A DNA stretch of 64,000 nucleotides from Candidatus Eiseniibacteriota bacterium (lineage in GTDB: Bacteria; Eisenbacteria; RBG-16-71-46): assembly GCA_963725865.1 (NCBI GenBank), contig CAVSAC010000014.1:1504001-1568000 (forward strand), in the 5' to 3' direction. Under the pieces are notes generated by a model. The model did not search any database, was not told where the DNA came from, and worked only from the letters and a program-made list of their open reading frames with translations. Within the stretch, counting starts at the first letter, position 1. Each line of letters begins with the position of its first letter. The position numbers were made by a program, and so were the translations under genes. Below, piece after piece: positions 8,999 through 19,152 of the stretch.

Positions 8999-10439
8999 AT
9001 GAGCGCCGCGCTGCGGGCCGCGCCGGAACCGGCGCGCGCCAGCCCCGGGCGAGCCGGCGCGGCTCGCGCCGGGCGCGCGCAGCGCGCTGGCGGTCGCCGC
9101 CGGCCGGCCGCCGTTCGCGTTCGGGCGCCGCTTCCTGGTGCTGTTCGCGTTCGGGCTCGGCTGGCTCGCGCCGGCGTGGTGGAATCCCCGGTTCGCGCTG
9201 CTGGCACTGGTCTGGGACGCGCTGCTGCTGGTCGGGTGGGCGCTGGATCTGCGACGGCTGCCCGCGGCCGGCGAGCTGCGCCTGACGCGCCGCTGGCTCG
9301 CCCCGCTGGCGCTCGGCCGCACCACGGCCGTGGCGCTCGAGCTGGAGCACCGCGCGCCAGTCGCGGTGCGGGTCGAGCTGATCGACGACGTCCCGGTGGG
9401 ACTGGCCGCGACGCCGCCGCGCGCGTCGCTCGGGGCACCCGCCGCGGCCGCCCGGCGGCCCGCGCAGGCGCGCGCGCTCGTCCACCTGACGCCGCGCGCG
9501 CGCGGTGACCAGCGCGTGGGGCGCGCGAGCCTGCGGATCGAGAGCCCGCTGGGGCTCGCGCAGCGCTGGCTCGCGGTCGACCTGGCGCAGACCGTGCGCG
9601 TGTACCCGCCGCTGCCGGCCGCCGACCACCTCTCGCTGGCCGCGCTGCGCAGCCGCCAGCTCGAGCTGGAGAAGCGCCGCCAGCGGATCGCCGGCGTGCG
9701 GCGCGAGTTCGAGGCGCTGCGCGACTGGCGCGACGGCGACGAGCTGCGCGACGTGTGCTGGCCCGCCACCGCGCGGCGCAACCGCCTGGTGTCCAAGCAG
9801 TGGCGCGCCGAGCGCAGCCAGACGCTGTGGATCGTGCTCGACGCCGGCCGCCTGATGGGCGCGCGCGTGGGCGAGCACACGCGCCTCGACGTCGCGGTCG
9901 ACGCGGCGCTGCGGCTGGCGCAGGTGGCGACCACCGCCGGCGACCGCGTCGGGCTGCTGGTGTACGGGCGCGCGATCCGCCAGCGCGTGCACCCGGGGCG
10001 CGGGCGCCTGCATTTGCGCGCGCTGCTCGAGGCGCTCGCGGTCGCGGCGCGCGAGCCGTTCGAGGCCGATCACCTGCTGGCCGCCGAGCAGCTGCTGACG
10101 CGGCAGAAGCAGCGCAGCCTGGTGGTGTGGATCACCGACGTGGCCGAGACCGCCGGGACCCCCGACGTGATCGAGGGCGCCACGCACGTGGCGCGCCGCC
10201 ACCTGGTGCTGTTCCTCGCGATGGCCCACCGCGAGCTGGCCGAGATCGCGGCCAGCGAGCCCGTGGACGTCGCGGCGATGTACCGCCGCGCCGCCGCGCA
10301 GGAGCTGGCGCTGCGCCGCGAGTCGCTGCTGCGCGGGCTGCGTCAGCGCGGGGCGATGGTGGTCGAGGCGGAGCCCGGGGCGATCGCCACCCGCGCGATC
10401 AACGGCTACCTGCAGGCGAAGGAGCGGAGCCGGGTGTAG
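8999..10439 (+). CDS. DUF58 (vWA-like) protein; start uncertain, probable +1 frameshift near the 5' end
   Basis: EFEALRDW..GDELRDVCWPATARR...LDAGRLM. The coding frame is open from 9003 but has no start codon before 9138; ATG 8999 is one frame off. Confidence 0.8.
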
Positions 10440-11397
10440 CCGCCGGCCGCCCGCCGCGCCCGCCGCTCGCGATCCACGCGACCAGCAGCGTGAACATCAG
10501 CGCGCCGATCGCGAACTTGAGCGGCGCCGGCATCAGCGAGGGCGACACGAAGCCCTCGATCAGGCCGGCGATCACCAGCATCGGGATGGTGCCGAGCATC
10601 AGCCGCACCGCCCGCCGTGCCGCGTGCTCGAGCGAGAGCCGGCGCGGCTCGAGCCCCGGGAACAGCATCCCGCGCGCGATGATCAGGCCCGCGCCGCCGG
10701 CGACGAAGATCGCCGGCAGCTCGAGTGAGCCGTGCGGGGCCACGAAGCTCCACAGCGCGACGGTCATGCCGGCCTGGTGGCAGGCGGCCCCGACCACGCC
10801 CATCAGCACGCCGTTGAACGCGAGCAGGTAGGCGGTCAGCACGCCGCCGGTGATCCCGCTCGCGAACGTGAGGAACGACACCGTCATGTTGTTGGTCATG
10901 ATGCCGCTCGCCGCCGCCGGCTGGACTCCGAGGATGGACTGCGTCCACATCTCGTGGCGGTCGATGGTGTCCCGCATCGCGGGGCTCAGGATCACTCGCA
11001 CCAGCCCGTCGTCCGCCAGCGCCGCCACCCACGCCGCCAGTCCGAACACCGCGAACCACGCGGCCGCGCCGAGGATGAAAGGCAGGCTCGCGCGCACCTC
11101 GCGCGGGAAGTCCCGCGCCAGGAACCGTCGCAGCCCGCCGCGGCCGCGGCGCTCGCCCTGGTAGACGAGATTGTGCGCGCGGCCGAGGAGCTGATTAAGA
11201 TACGCGGCCAGCGCCGGACTCGAGGCGTCGGCGCGGACCGTCGCCAGGTCGGCGGCGGTCTGCCGGTAGAGCAGCGCCAGCTCGCGCAGCGCCGCGTGCT
11301 CCGTCGTGCGCAGGCCGTGCGCGGTGACGTTGTGCACGAGCTTGTCGAGCCGGGCCCACATCGACTGTCGTTTGCGCAGCCACGCGGCGGAGATCAC
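10399..11397 (-). CDS. Stage II sporulation protein M (SpoIIM/DUF95) family membrane protein
   Basis: LYRQTAADLA, IMTNN, APHGSLELPAI, AGLIEGFVSP motifs. Confidence 0.88.
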   Translation of the reverse strand: MISAAWLRKRQSMWARLDKLVHNVTAHGLRTTEHAALRELALLYRQTAADLATVRADASSPALAAYLNQLLGRAHNLVYQGERRGRGGLRRFLARDFPREVRASLPFILGAAAWFAVFGLAAWVAALADDGLVRVILSPAMRDTIDRHEMWTQSILGVQPAAASGIMTNNMTVSFLTFASGITGGVLTAYLLAFNGVLMGVVGAACHQAGMTVALWSFVAPHGSLELPAIFVAGGAGLIIARGMLFPGLEPRRLSLEHAARRAVRLMLGTIPMLVIAGLIEGFVSPSLMPAPLKFAIGALMFTLLVAWIASGGRGGRPAATPGSAPSPAGSR

Positions 11398-11399
11398 CG

Positions 11400-12188
11400 A
11401 TGCCCTCCGATGACGTCCTGATCATCGAGACGCCCGAGCAGACCCCGCTCGAGTACGAGCTGGCGGGGGTGGGCAGCCGCTTCATCGCGATCCTGATCGA
11501 CACGCTCTACCAGTTCGTGCTCGCCGTGCTGCTCCTGCTGATCTTCCTGTTCATCGCCGCGGTCGTGGGCGGCGGCGACCGCGGCGCCGCGCCCGGCGAG
11601 ATCCCGCGCGCCGTGTGGGCGTTCGCGATGCTGACGCTGGCGATGTTCGTGCTGCAGTTCGGCTACTTCACGCTGTTCGAGGCGCTGACCGCGGGACAGA
11701 CGCCGGGCAAGCGCCGGATGGGCCTGCGCGTGATCCACGCCAGCGGCCGGCCCATGGTGGCGCACGAGGCGGTCGCGCGCAATCTGCTCCGCATCATCGA
11801 CGGAATGCCCGCGGTGTACGGCGTGGGGTTGATCGCGATCATGATGTCGGCGCGACGCCAGCGCCTGGGCGACCTGCTCGCCGGCACGGTGGTCGTGCAC
11901 GAGCGCACCTACGACAGCGCGCCGTTCGGCTGGGCGCTCGCGAGCGGGGCCGCACCGGTGCCGGGCGGCGGCCGCCAGGACGTGCTGACCGCCGAGGAGC
12001 TGCGCGTGGTCGAGGCGTTCCTGCAGCGGCGTGACGAGCTCGACCCGCTGGTGCGTTTCAACCTGTCGCGCGACATCCTCGCGAAGCTCGGCGACCGACT
12101 GGGCGTGACGGCCGCCGACCGCGACAAGCCCGAAACCGCGCTCGAGGACCTCGCGCGGCGCAGCCGCGAGCGCGGCGGAAGGCGCTGA
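11400..12188 (+). CDS. RDD family protein
   Basis: IETPEQ..LAGVGSRFIAILID, GQTPGKR, QRLGDLLAGTVVV. Confidence 0.9.
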   Translation: MPSDDVLIIETPEQTPLEYELAGVGSRFIAILIDTLYQFVLAVLLLLIFLFIAAVVGGGDRGAAPGEIPRAVWAFAMLTLAMFVLQFGYFTLFEALTAGQTPGKRRMGLRVIHASGRPMVAHEAVARNLLRIIDGMPAVYGVGLIAIMMSARRQRLGDLLAGTVVVHERTYDSAPFGWALASGAAPVPGGGRQDVLTAEELRVVEAFLQRRDELDPLVRFNLSRDILAKLGDRLGVTAADRDKPETALEDLARRSRERGGRR

Positions 12189-12254
12189 GGCGCACGACGG
12201 AGGGCGCGGGGCGCGAGAACCGCACCGCCTGCTGACGCCCACGCGGCCCGCGCC

Positions 12255-13838
12255 TCAGCGCGCGGCGAACCCCACCACCTCGCGCTTCCACGTCGCGACG
12301 GCGGTCCAGCGCAGGCCGCGGCCCGTCACCATCGACGCGGTGGAGGCGGCCGGTCCCATCAGCCACACGCGCCCGTGCGCGTCGGCCAGCGGCGCCAGCG
12401 AGTCGCGCGTCACGACCGTGCGCGCGACCGCGGCCGCGTCGTCGAAGTGCTCGTCGCGCGGCACCTCGAGCAGCCGCACACGCTCGCCCAGGTAGAACGG
12501 CAGCCCCGCGTCGAAGTGCGCGAACTCCACCACCGGCTCGCCCGCGCGGCGGTTCTCGCGCAGCACCTCGACCACCGCGCGCGGGGAGCCCAGCGCGCGG
12601 TCGTAGCGCGCCAGCGCCACGATCGCGGCCGCGAACCCCACCGCCACCAGCAGCGCGGTGCGTGCCAGCGGTCCGTCGGTGACGCGGAACGCCGCCAGCG
12701 CGAGTGCCGCGAGCGCCAGCCACAGCCCGCCCGGAATGTGGAACGCCTCGGGCGGATCGATGCCGATCAGCTTGCCCAGCAGGTGGCGCGCGGCGATCCA
12801 GCCCGCCGCCGCCAGCACCAGCAGCAGCAGTCCGGTCGCGTGCCGCACCGCGCGCCCGCCGCGCTCGAAGCCGATCGCCGCGAGCAGTGCGGCCGCCGGC
12901 ATGCAGGGCAGCAGGTAGGCCGGCAGCTTGGAGCCCGAGCACGAGAACACCGCGAGCGGCGCGAGCAGCCACAGCAGCAGCAGTCGCGCCTCGAGCCGCG
13001 CGCGCTCGCGCCACACGTGGACCAGTCCCGCGATCAGCGCCGGCGTCCACGGCAGCGCGCCGGCGATCAGCACCCCCAGGAAGTACCACGGCGGCCCGCC
13101 GCGCTGGTGCACGGTGGTGGCGTAGCGCTCCCAGAGTTGATTGCCGAGCCAGTAGGGGAGCAGCCCCGGCGTACGCACCGCCATCGCCACGAACCACGGC
13201 AGCGCGATCGCGGCCGCGAGCAGCCAGCCCCACGCCGGCCCCAGCAGCGCGAGCGGCGCGCGCTCGCGCCGCCACGGCGCCGCGAGCAGCACCGGCAGCA
13301 GCGTCGGCAGCAGCACCACCGGGCCCTTCGCGAGGAACCCGACCCCGAGCAGCGCGAGCGCCCACGGCGAGGGCGCGAGCGCCCACCAGCCAGTCACCGC
13401 CGCGGCGAGGAACGGATCGCTCGCCAGGGTGCGCCCCACGGTGGCGAACAGCACGCAGCCGAGCAGCAGCCACGCCGGCAACGTGGTCGACTGCAACAAC
13501 GCGCCGAAGCGCCGCCGCGCCGCGCTCGCCGTGAACAGCAGCGTGAGCACCGACGCCAGCGCGACCGGCACCCGCGCGCCCCACGCGTTGGCGCCGAATA
13601 CCTGCATGCCGGCGCCCGCCGCCCAGTAGGCGAGCGGCGGCTTGTGCAGGTGCAGCAGCCCATCGAGCCGCGGCGCCATCCAGTCGCCGCTCGCGCGCAT
13701 CTCGCGCGCGATCTGGGCGTAGCGCGTCTCGGTCGGCTCGAGCAGACCCATCAGCCCGGCCGGCACCGCGAGCAGGAACAGCGCGACCGCGGCGAGCACC
13801 ACGAGCCGGTCGAGCACGCCGCGCGCCGGCTGCTGCAC
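12255..13838 (-). CDS. ArnT-like (GT39/GT83) lipid glycosyltransferase
   Basis: ETRYAQIAREM...GDW..PRL...KPPL.YW, LAKGPV, KLPAYLLP. Confidence 0.85.
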   Translation of the reverse strand: MQQPARGVLDRLVVLAAVALFLLAVPAGLMGLLEPTETRYAQIAREMRASGDWMAPRLDGLLHLHKPPLAYWAAGAGMQVFGANAWGARVPVALASVLTLLFTASAARRRFGALLQSTTLPAWLLLGCVLFATVGRTLASDPFLAAAVTGWWALAPSPWALALLGVGFLAKGPVVLLPTLLPVLLAAPWRRERAPLALLGPAWGWLLAAAIALPWFVAMAVRTPGLLPYWLGNQLWERYATTVHQRGGPPWYFLGVLIAGALPWTPALIAGLVHVWRERARLEARLLLLWLLAPLAVFSCSGSKLPAYLLPCMPAAALLAAIGFERGGRAVRHATGLLLLVLAAAGWIAARHLLGKLIGIDPPEAFHIPGGLWLALAALALAAFRVTDGPLARTALLVAVGFAAAIVALARYDRALGSPRAVVEVLRENRRAGEPVVEFAHFDAGLPFYLGERVRLLEVPRDEHFDDAAAVARTVVTRDSLAPLADAHGRVWLMGPAASTASMVTGRGLRWTAVATWKREVVGFAAR

Positions 13839-13841
13839 GCC

Positions 13842-14561
13842 TCAGTCCTCGCGCACGCGGTAACGCACCAGACGCGACCGTAGCCACAGCACGCCGAGCA
13901 GGTCGGCGAGCCCACGGCCGAGGCGGTTCATGACACCGTACTTCGACTCCCCGTGCTTGCGCGCGCGGTGGTGCACCGGCACCTCGACCACCCGCGCGCC
14001 GCGGAACGCGCACAGCGCGGGCAGGAAGCGGTGCATGGTGGTGAAGAACGGCAGCCCCTCGAGCGCCGCGCGCCGATACGCCTTGAACGAGCACCCGATG
14101 TCGGTGACGTGGTCGCCCAGCACCAGCCGGCGCGTGCCGTTGGCGATCCGCGACGACACCAGGCGGACCCACGTGTCCTGGCGCCCCTGGCGGATGCCCG
14201 AGACCACGTCGGCCTGCTCGAGCGCTGCGAGCAGCGCTGGCAGGTCGGCGGGGTCGTTCTGCAGGTCGGCGTCGAGCGTGATCACGATCCGCCCGCGCAC
14301 GCGCATGAAGCCCGCGGCGAGGGCCGCGCTCTGGCCCGAGCGCTCGAGCAGCCGCACCGGCCGGATGCGCGAATCGCGCTGCGCCGCCACCCGCAGGTGC
14401 TCGCCGGTGCCGTCGGTGCTGCCGTCGTCGACCATCACCAACTCGTAGCTGCGGCCGGTCTCGGTGAGCACCAGCTCCAGCTCGGTCAGGAGCGGTGCCA
14501 GGTTCTCGGCCTCGTTGTAGGCCGGGATGACGACGGAGAGTTCGGGGTCGGTCGGGTTCAT
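13842..14561 (-). CDS. GT2 polyprenol-phosphate glycosyltransferase (ArnC/DPM1-like)
   Basis: SVVIPAYNE, VDDGSTDGT, TLDADLQNDPAD, HRFLP, GESKY. Confidence 0.9.
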   Translation of the reverse strand: MNPTDPELSVVIPAYNEAENLAPLLTELELVLTETGRSYELVMVDDGSTDGTGEHLRVAAQRDSRIRPVRLLERSGQSAALAAGFMRVRGRIVITLDADLQNDPADLPALLAALEQADVVSGIRQGRQDTWVRLVSSRIANGTRRLVLGDHVTDIGCSFKAYRRAALEGLPFFTTMHRFLPALCAFRGARVVEVPVHHRARKHGESKYGVMNRLGRGLADLLGVLWLRSRLVRYRVRED

Positions 14562-14699
14562 GGCGTCGGACCGGGCAGGATGTCAGAGGTGGGGAAGGAG
14601 CGCCAGCGGGAGCGCCTCGTCGAAGGCCGGGATGACGACGGGGAGTTCGGGGTCGGTCGGGTGCATGGCGTCGGACCGGGCAGGATGTCGGAGGTGGGG
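14509..14699. repeat. Imperfect tandem direct repeat with a 105-bp period (copies 14509-14594 and 14614-14699)
   Basis: Near-identical copies of the GT2 start region and upstream sequence; the second copy encodes MHPTDPELPVVIPAFDEA. Confidence 0.9.
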
Positions 14700-14894
14700 C
14701 GCGGGAGCCAGTAGGGGCCCGTGGGCGCGGGCGACCGGCTTCCGCGGGCACCCATGTGACGCCGCTGCCGGTCGTGCGTTCACCGAGCAGGCAGTACGGG
14801 GCCGCTGCGGAGCTTCCGAGCGCTCGGCCGGCGGGCGTGGCAGCGCCCGCTGGACGGCCGTCCCCGGACGATCACGGATCAGGAGGTGTGCTGC

Positions 14895-17320
14895 ATGTCG
14901 GCCTTCACCCCATCGATGTCGCTCCGCACGCCTGCGATCGCGCTCGCATGCTCGCTCGCCAGCCTGCTCGTGGCACCTGCGGCCCGCGCCGCGTGGCCGC
15001 ACGATCCCTCGAACGGGAATCTCCCCATCTCGGTGGCCGTGGCCGAACAGCTCAATCCGGTCGTGATCCCGGATGGAAGTGGCGGGACGATCATCGCGTG
15101 GGAGGACACCCGTGGCGGCACTCAGGATATCTACGCCCAACGAGTGAGCGCCGCGGGAATCACACTGTGGACCGCCGACGGCCTGCCGATCTGCACCGCG
15201 ACCAACGAGCAGGCCCGTCCCGTGCTGATCTCGGACGGCTCGGGTGGAGCGATCATCGCCTGGCAGGATGTGCGCACCAACTTCGAGCTTCGACGTCTAC
15301 GTGCAGCGGATCAGCGCGGCGGGAGTGACTCAGTGGGCGGCGAACGGCGTGGCGCTCGCCGCGGACGCCAGCGATCAGCAGGCGCCGTCGATCGCTTCCG
15401 ACGGCTCGGGGGGCGCGATCGTCGCGTGGTACGGCGGCGTGGGGAACAACGTCTATGCCCGGCGGGTGGACGCCGCCGGCACGCCGCAGTGGACCGCGAA
15501 TGGCGTGCGCATCGCGCCCGTCGCCTCTACCCAACAGAACCCCAAGCTGGTCTCCGACGGGGCCGGCGGAGCGATCATCGCGTGGGAGGACTTTCGCAGC
15601 GGTTCGGGTCTGGACCTCTACGCGCAGCGCGTGAGCGGCTCGGGAGTGCTTCAATGGGGCGCCAGCGGAACGCCGCTCTGCCTCATCGCGGGCGATCAGA
15701 ACGGAATCGACCTGATCCCAGATGGCGCGGGCGGCGCCATCGCATGCTGGAACGACTACCGCTTCATCACCAGCGACATCGAGAGCCAGCACCTCGACGC
15801 CAACGGATCGCGCCTGTGGGCGATACAGGGCGTCCCGATCTGTGCCGCGGCGAACGACCAGGTCAATCCGAGACTCGCTTCCGACGGCGCGGGCGGGGCG
15901 ATCGTCACGTGGCAGGATCTGCGCCTCGGCGGAGGCGACTGGAACATCTACGCCCAGCGTGTGGATGCGGCGGGGCTCATCCGATGGACCACGGACGGGG
16001 TCGCACTCTGCACCGCGCCCGCCGATCAGCTCACGCCGGTCATCGCGACGGACGGCTTGGGAGGTGCGATCGTCGCGTGGCAGGATCCGCGCACCATCGG
16101 GTTCGCGGACATCTACGCCCGGCGCATCGACGCCAACGGAACGCCGCTCTGGGCGGCCAACGGCGTGGCGCTGTGCACCGCGCCCAATCAGCAGTACGTC
16201 CCCGCGATCGCCGCAGACGCCGCGGGCGGCGCGGTCGCCGCCTGGATCGACTTCCGCGGCGCGAGCATCGACGTCTACGCCCAGCGCATCGACTCGTTCG
16301 GCTACCTGGGCAACGCTGAGCCGACCGCGGCAGGCGTGCGCGACGTGCCGAACGACCAGGGGGGCTCGGTCAAGGTGAGCTGGAGCGCGAGCTACCTCGA
16401 TGCCGCGCCCAGCAACCTGATCGACAGCTACTGGATCCTGCGCTCGGTGCCGCCGAACGCCGCCGCGCTGGCGGCGCGCGCCGGCACGCACCCGGCCAGC
16501 GACTTCACCCGCGCGCCCGCGCCCGGGACGCTCCTCGCGCTGCCGAACGGCGCAACCGACTACTTCTGGGAGTTCGTCGCGAGCCAGCCAGCGTTCCACG
16601 TCGCCGGGTACAGCTACGTCGCGAGCATGACGTCGGACTCGACCCCGGGCTCGAATCCGCGCACCGCGTTCATGGTGATGGCGCGCACCGCGGGTGGCGC
16701 CCAGTACTGGTTCTCGGCGCCCGACTCCGGCTACTCGGTGGACAACCTCGCGCCCGCGGCGCCGGCGCCGCTGACCGGCGCCTACGGGGCCGGAGCGACG
16801 CACCTGCACTGGCGGCCCAACGTCGAGAGCGACCTCGCGGGCTATCGCGTCTATCGCGGCACCTCGCCCGGGTTCGTCCCCGACGCCGGCAATCTCGTCT
16901 CGGCGCAGGCGGACACCGGCTGCGTCGATCCCGGCGCGGCCGGGAGCTGGTACAAGGTCTCGGCGGTCGACGTGCACGGGAATCAGAGTCCATTCGCCGT
17001 GCTGGGTCCCGGCGGAACGCTCGACGCTCCCGTGGCCGCTCCGGCGCTTGCGCTCGCGGGGCCGTGGCCCAATCCGCTCGCACGCGCGGGCACGATCCAC
17101 TTCGCGCTGCCGCAGCGCGAGTCCGCGCGGCTCGCGGTGTACGACCCCGCGGGACGCCGCGTGCGGTCTGCTGGCCGACGGCACGATGGAGGCGGGACCG
17201 CACAGCGCCGACTTCGACCTGCGAGACGACAGCGGGCACCGGATCGCGGCGGGGCTCTATTTCGTGAGGCTCGAGACGCAGGAGCGATCGCTGACCGAGC
17301 GACTGGTGGCGATCCGGTAG
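14895..17320 (+). CDS. Secreted protein with eight (S/P)DGxGGAIxAW repeats, an FN3-like region and an FlgD-Ig/T9SS-type C-terminal domain; +1 frameshifts at ~15280 and ~17168
   Basis: AGGAGG RBS; signal peptide; repeats continue across the frame change; C-terminus PWPNP...YDPAGRRVR/LLADG...GLYFVRL...RLVAIR. Confidence 0.75.
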
Positions 17321-17422
17321 AGCCCGGGCGGGGCGGGCGGCCGCCGCGCGCACGAGCACCCACGCGGGACGCGGGCGAGCACGGGCTGGAGCCCGCCCGG
17401 CTCCCTGTGCTAGAAACCCACC

Positions 17423-18052
17423 GTGCCCGCGATCGACCGTGGACCCGAGCCCCGCCGTCCCCGCCGGCGGCGCGCCATCGTGCCGCTCGAGCAGCTCCAG
17501 ATGGAGCTCGGGCCTCATCGCCCGCGCTGGACCTACTCGCGCCTGGTGAGCGGCTCGCCGCATCGCGATCGCATCCGCGAGCGCGTCGAGTTCGTGCGGC
17601 GGTTCTTTCCCGAGCTGGACGCGCTCACCGTGCGCGTCGGCCTGGCGCAGAAGCGCGGCGTGCTGGGCTGGGGCTCGATGGACGCCGAGCGCCCCGGTAT
17701 CTGGGTGCGCCCGCGGCGGCTCGAGTACTTCACGATCGCGCACGAGCTGACCCACCTGCTGCAGGCCCGCGGGCTGGTTCCTCGCGGCGAGCGGGCGTGC
17801 GACCTGTGGGCGCTCGCGCGCACGCCGCTGGTGGTCGACAGCGCGCCCGGCTATCTCAAGGTGCCGCGCGGCCTGCGCCATCGCCGGCTGACGCACGAGG
17901 AGTCGACGCTGCTCTGCCGCGCCGCGCGCCGCGCGATCGAGGCGCGCGAGGCGGGCGACCGGCGCTACCTGTTGCGCTTCGAGCGCGAGGTGGCCGAGGC
18001 GTGCGCGATGCCGGTGGCCGTGGCCCTGGCGGCCACCGAGGTGATCCCGTGA
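17423..18052 (+). CDS. Hypothetical protein with HEXXH zinc motif
   Basis: TIAHELTHLLQ; stop overlaps the Nudix start (GTGA); start codon uncertain. Confidence 0.65.
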   Translation: MPAIDRGPEPRRPRRRRAIVPLEQLQMELGPHRPRWTYSRLVSGSPHRDRIRERVEFVRRFFPELDALTVRVGLAQKRGVLGWGSMDAERPGIWVRPRRLEYFTIAHELTHLLQARGLVPRGERACDLWALARTPLVVDSAPGYLKVPRGLRHRRLTHEESTLLCRAARRAIEAREAGDRRYLLRFEREVAEACAMPVAVALAATEVIP

Positions 18053-18468
18053 AGCTGGTGCGGGTGGCGGCGGCGGTCGTGATGGACGGCGAGCGCCTGC
18101 TGCTCACCCAACGACCGCCGGGCGGCGCGCATCCGCTCATGTGGGAGTTCCCGGGCGGCAAGCTCGAGTCGGGCGAGAGCGCCGCGCAGGCGCTGACGCG
18201 CGAGATCGCCGAGGAGCTGGGCGTGGCCGCCACGCCGCACGAGGTGATGGGCACCAGCGCCTACGCCTACCCGCACGGCCCGCGCGTGGAGATCGCGTTC
18301 GTCCGCTGTACGCTCGCCTCGCACGCGTTCCGCCCCAACGCCGAGGTGCACGCGATCAAGTGGCTCGCGCCGGCCGACGTGGACGTGCGCGAGGTGCTGG
18401 CCGCGGATCGCGAGTTCCTGGTCGGACTGGGCGCGCCCCCGCTCGCGGACCGCTCCAACGGAGGATGA
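18049..18468 (+). CDS. Nudix hydrolase (MutT/NudG-like dNTP pyrophosphohydrolase)
   Basis: WEFPGGKLESGESAAQALTREIAEELG Nudix box. Confidence 0.9.
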   Translation: MKLVRVAAAVVMDGERLLLTQRPPGGAHPLMWEFPGGKLESGESAAQALTREIAEELGVAATPHEVMGTSAYAYPHGPRVEIAFVRCTLASHAFRPNAEVHAIKWLAPADVDVREVLAADREFLVGLGAPPLADRSNGG

Positions 18469-18470
18469 CG

Positions 18471-18626
18471 ATGTCGCTCCCGGAAGGACTGCAGTTCCTG
18501 CGGCTCGGCTGGTTCGTGGTTCACGCCGTGACGATCCTGTTCGTCTACCAGTACGGCTTCCTGAAGGGCCGCGCCGAGGAACGCAAGGCGCACGTCATCC
18601 GGCAGATGGAGAAGGGGATCCGCTAG
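18471..18626 (+). CDS. Small single-TM protein (51 aa)
   Basis: GGAGG RBS; MSLPEGLQFLRLGWFVVHAVTILFVYQYGFLKGRAEERK... Confidence 0.6.
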   Translation: MSLPEGLQFLRLGWFVVHAVTILFVYQYGFLKGRAEERKAHVIRQMEKGIR

Positions 18627-18710
18627 GGGCACCGAGGTGCGGTGCTCCGCCCGCGCGCTCGGCGCCGTGGCGCGCTCCATCCGCCCGAGTGCCGCAGTGC
18701 TCGCGATCCA

Positions 18711-18739
18711 TTGACCGCACCATGCACCGAGCGTAGCCT
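18711..18739 (+). promoter_or_regulatory. sigma70-type promoter
   Basis: TTGACC-17 nt-TAGCCT upstream of AGGAGG and GTG 18772. Confidence 0.55.
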
Positions 18740-18771
18740 GCTCGCGGCTCGATCCGCATGCAGGAGGTCGC

Positions 18772-19152
18772 GTGGCGATCAACGAAGCGTTCGGCTGGTG
18801 CTGGATCCTCGCCGGCCTGGTGGTCGGGCTGGTGCTCGGCCTGCGCTTCCACCAGGACGACTGGCTCGGAGGCTACGGCAGCTTCCCGCGCCGGCTGATC
18901 CGCCTCGGGCACGTCGCGTTCATCGGCCTCGGCATGCTCAACATCCTGTTCGCGCTCAGCGTGCCGCGGCTGGGGATGTGCGCGGTGTCGTACCGGATCG
19001 CCGCCGCCGCGCTGATCGTCGGCGCCGTGACCATGCCGCTGTGCTGCGGGCTGATGGCCTGGCGCAAGGCGTTCCAGCCGTTGTTCGCGATTCCGGTGCT
19101 GAGCCTCATCGGCGCGCTCGTACTGATCGTGGCCGCGGTGCTGCGACCATGA
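18772..19152 (+). CDS. Small 4-TM membrane protein
   Basis: Strong RBS; hydrophobic; RRLIRLGHVAFIGLGMLN; ATGA overlap with the next gene. Confidence 0.7.
   Translation: MAINEAFGWCWILAGLVVGLVLGLRFHQDDWLGGYGSFPRRLIRLGHVAFIGLGMLNILFALSVPRLGMCAVSYRIAAAALIVGAVTMPLCCGLMAWRKAFQPLFAIPVLSLIGALVLIVAAVLRP

Noticed and set aside
10399..11397. Evidence of sporulation from the SpoIIM-family gene
   Set aside because: This family is widespread in non-sporulating bacteria within MoxR/RDD clusters.
17320..17404. MITE-like element with imperfect inverted ends
   Set aside because: Short, imperfect GC-rich inverted match with no target duplication or second copy.
15244..18468. Apparent repeat-protein/Nudix fusion (1,074 aa)
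   Set aside because: Artefact of the frameshift at ~17168 and stop-poor GC-rich DNA; the Nudix gene has its own coupled start at 18049.
18627..18771. Cobalamin riboswitch upstream of the B12 radical SAM operon
   Set aside because: Only ~30 nt between promoter and start codon, and no B12-box recognised.
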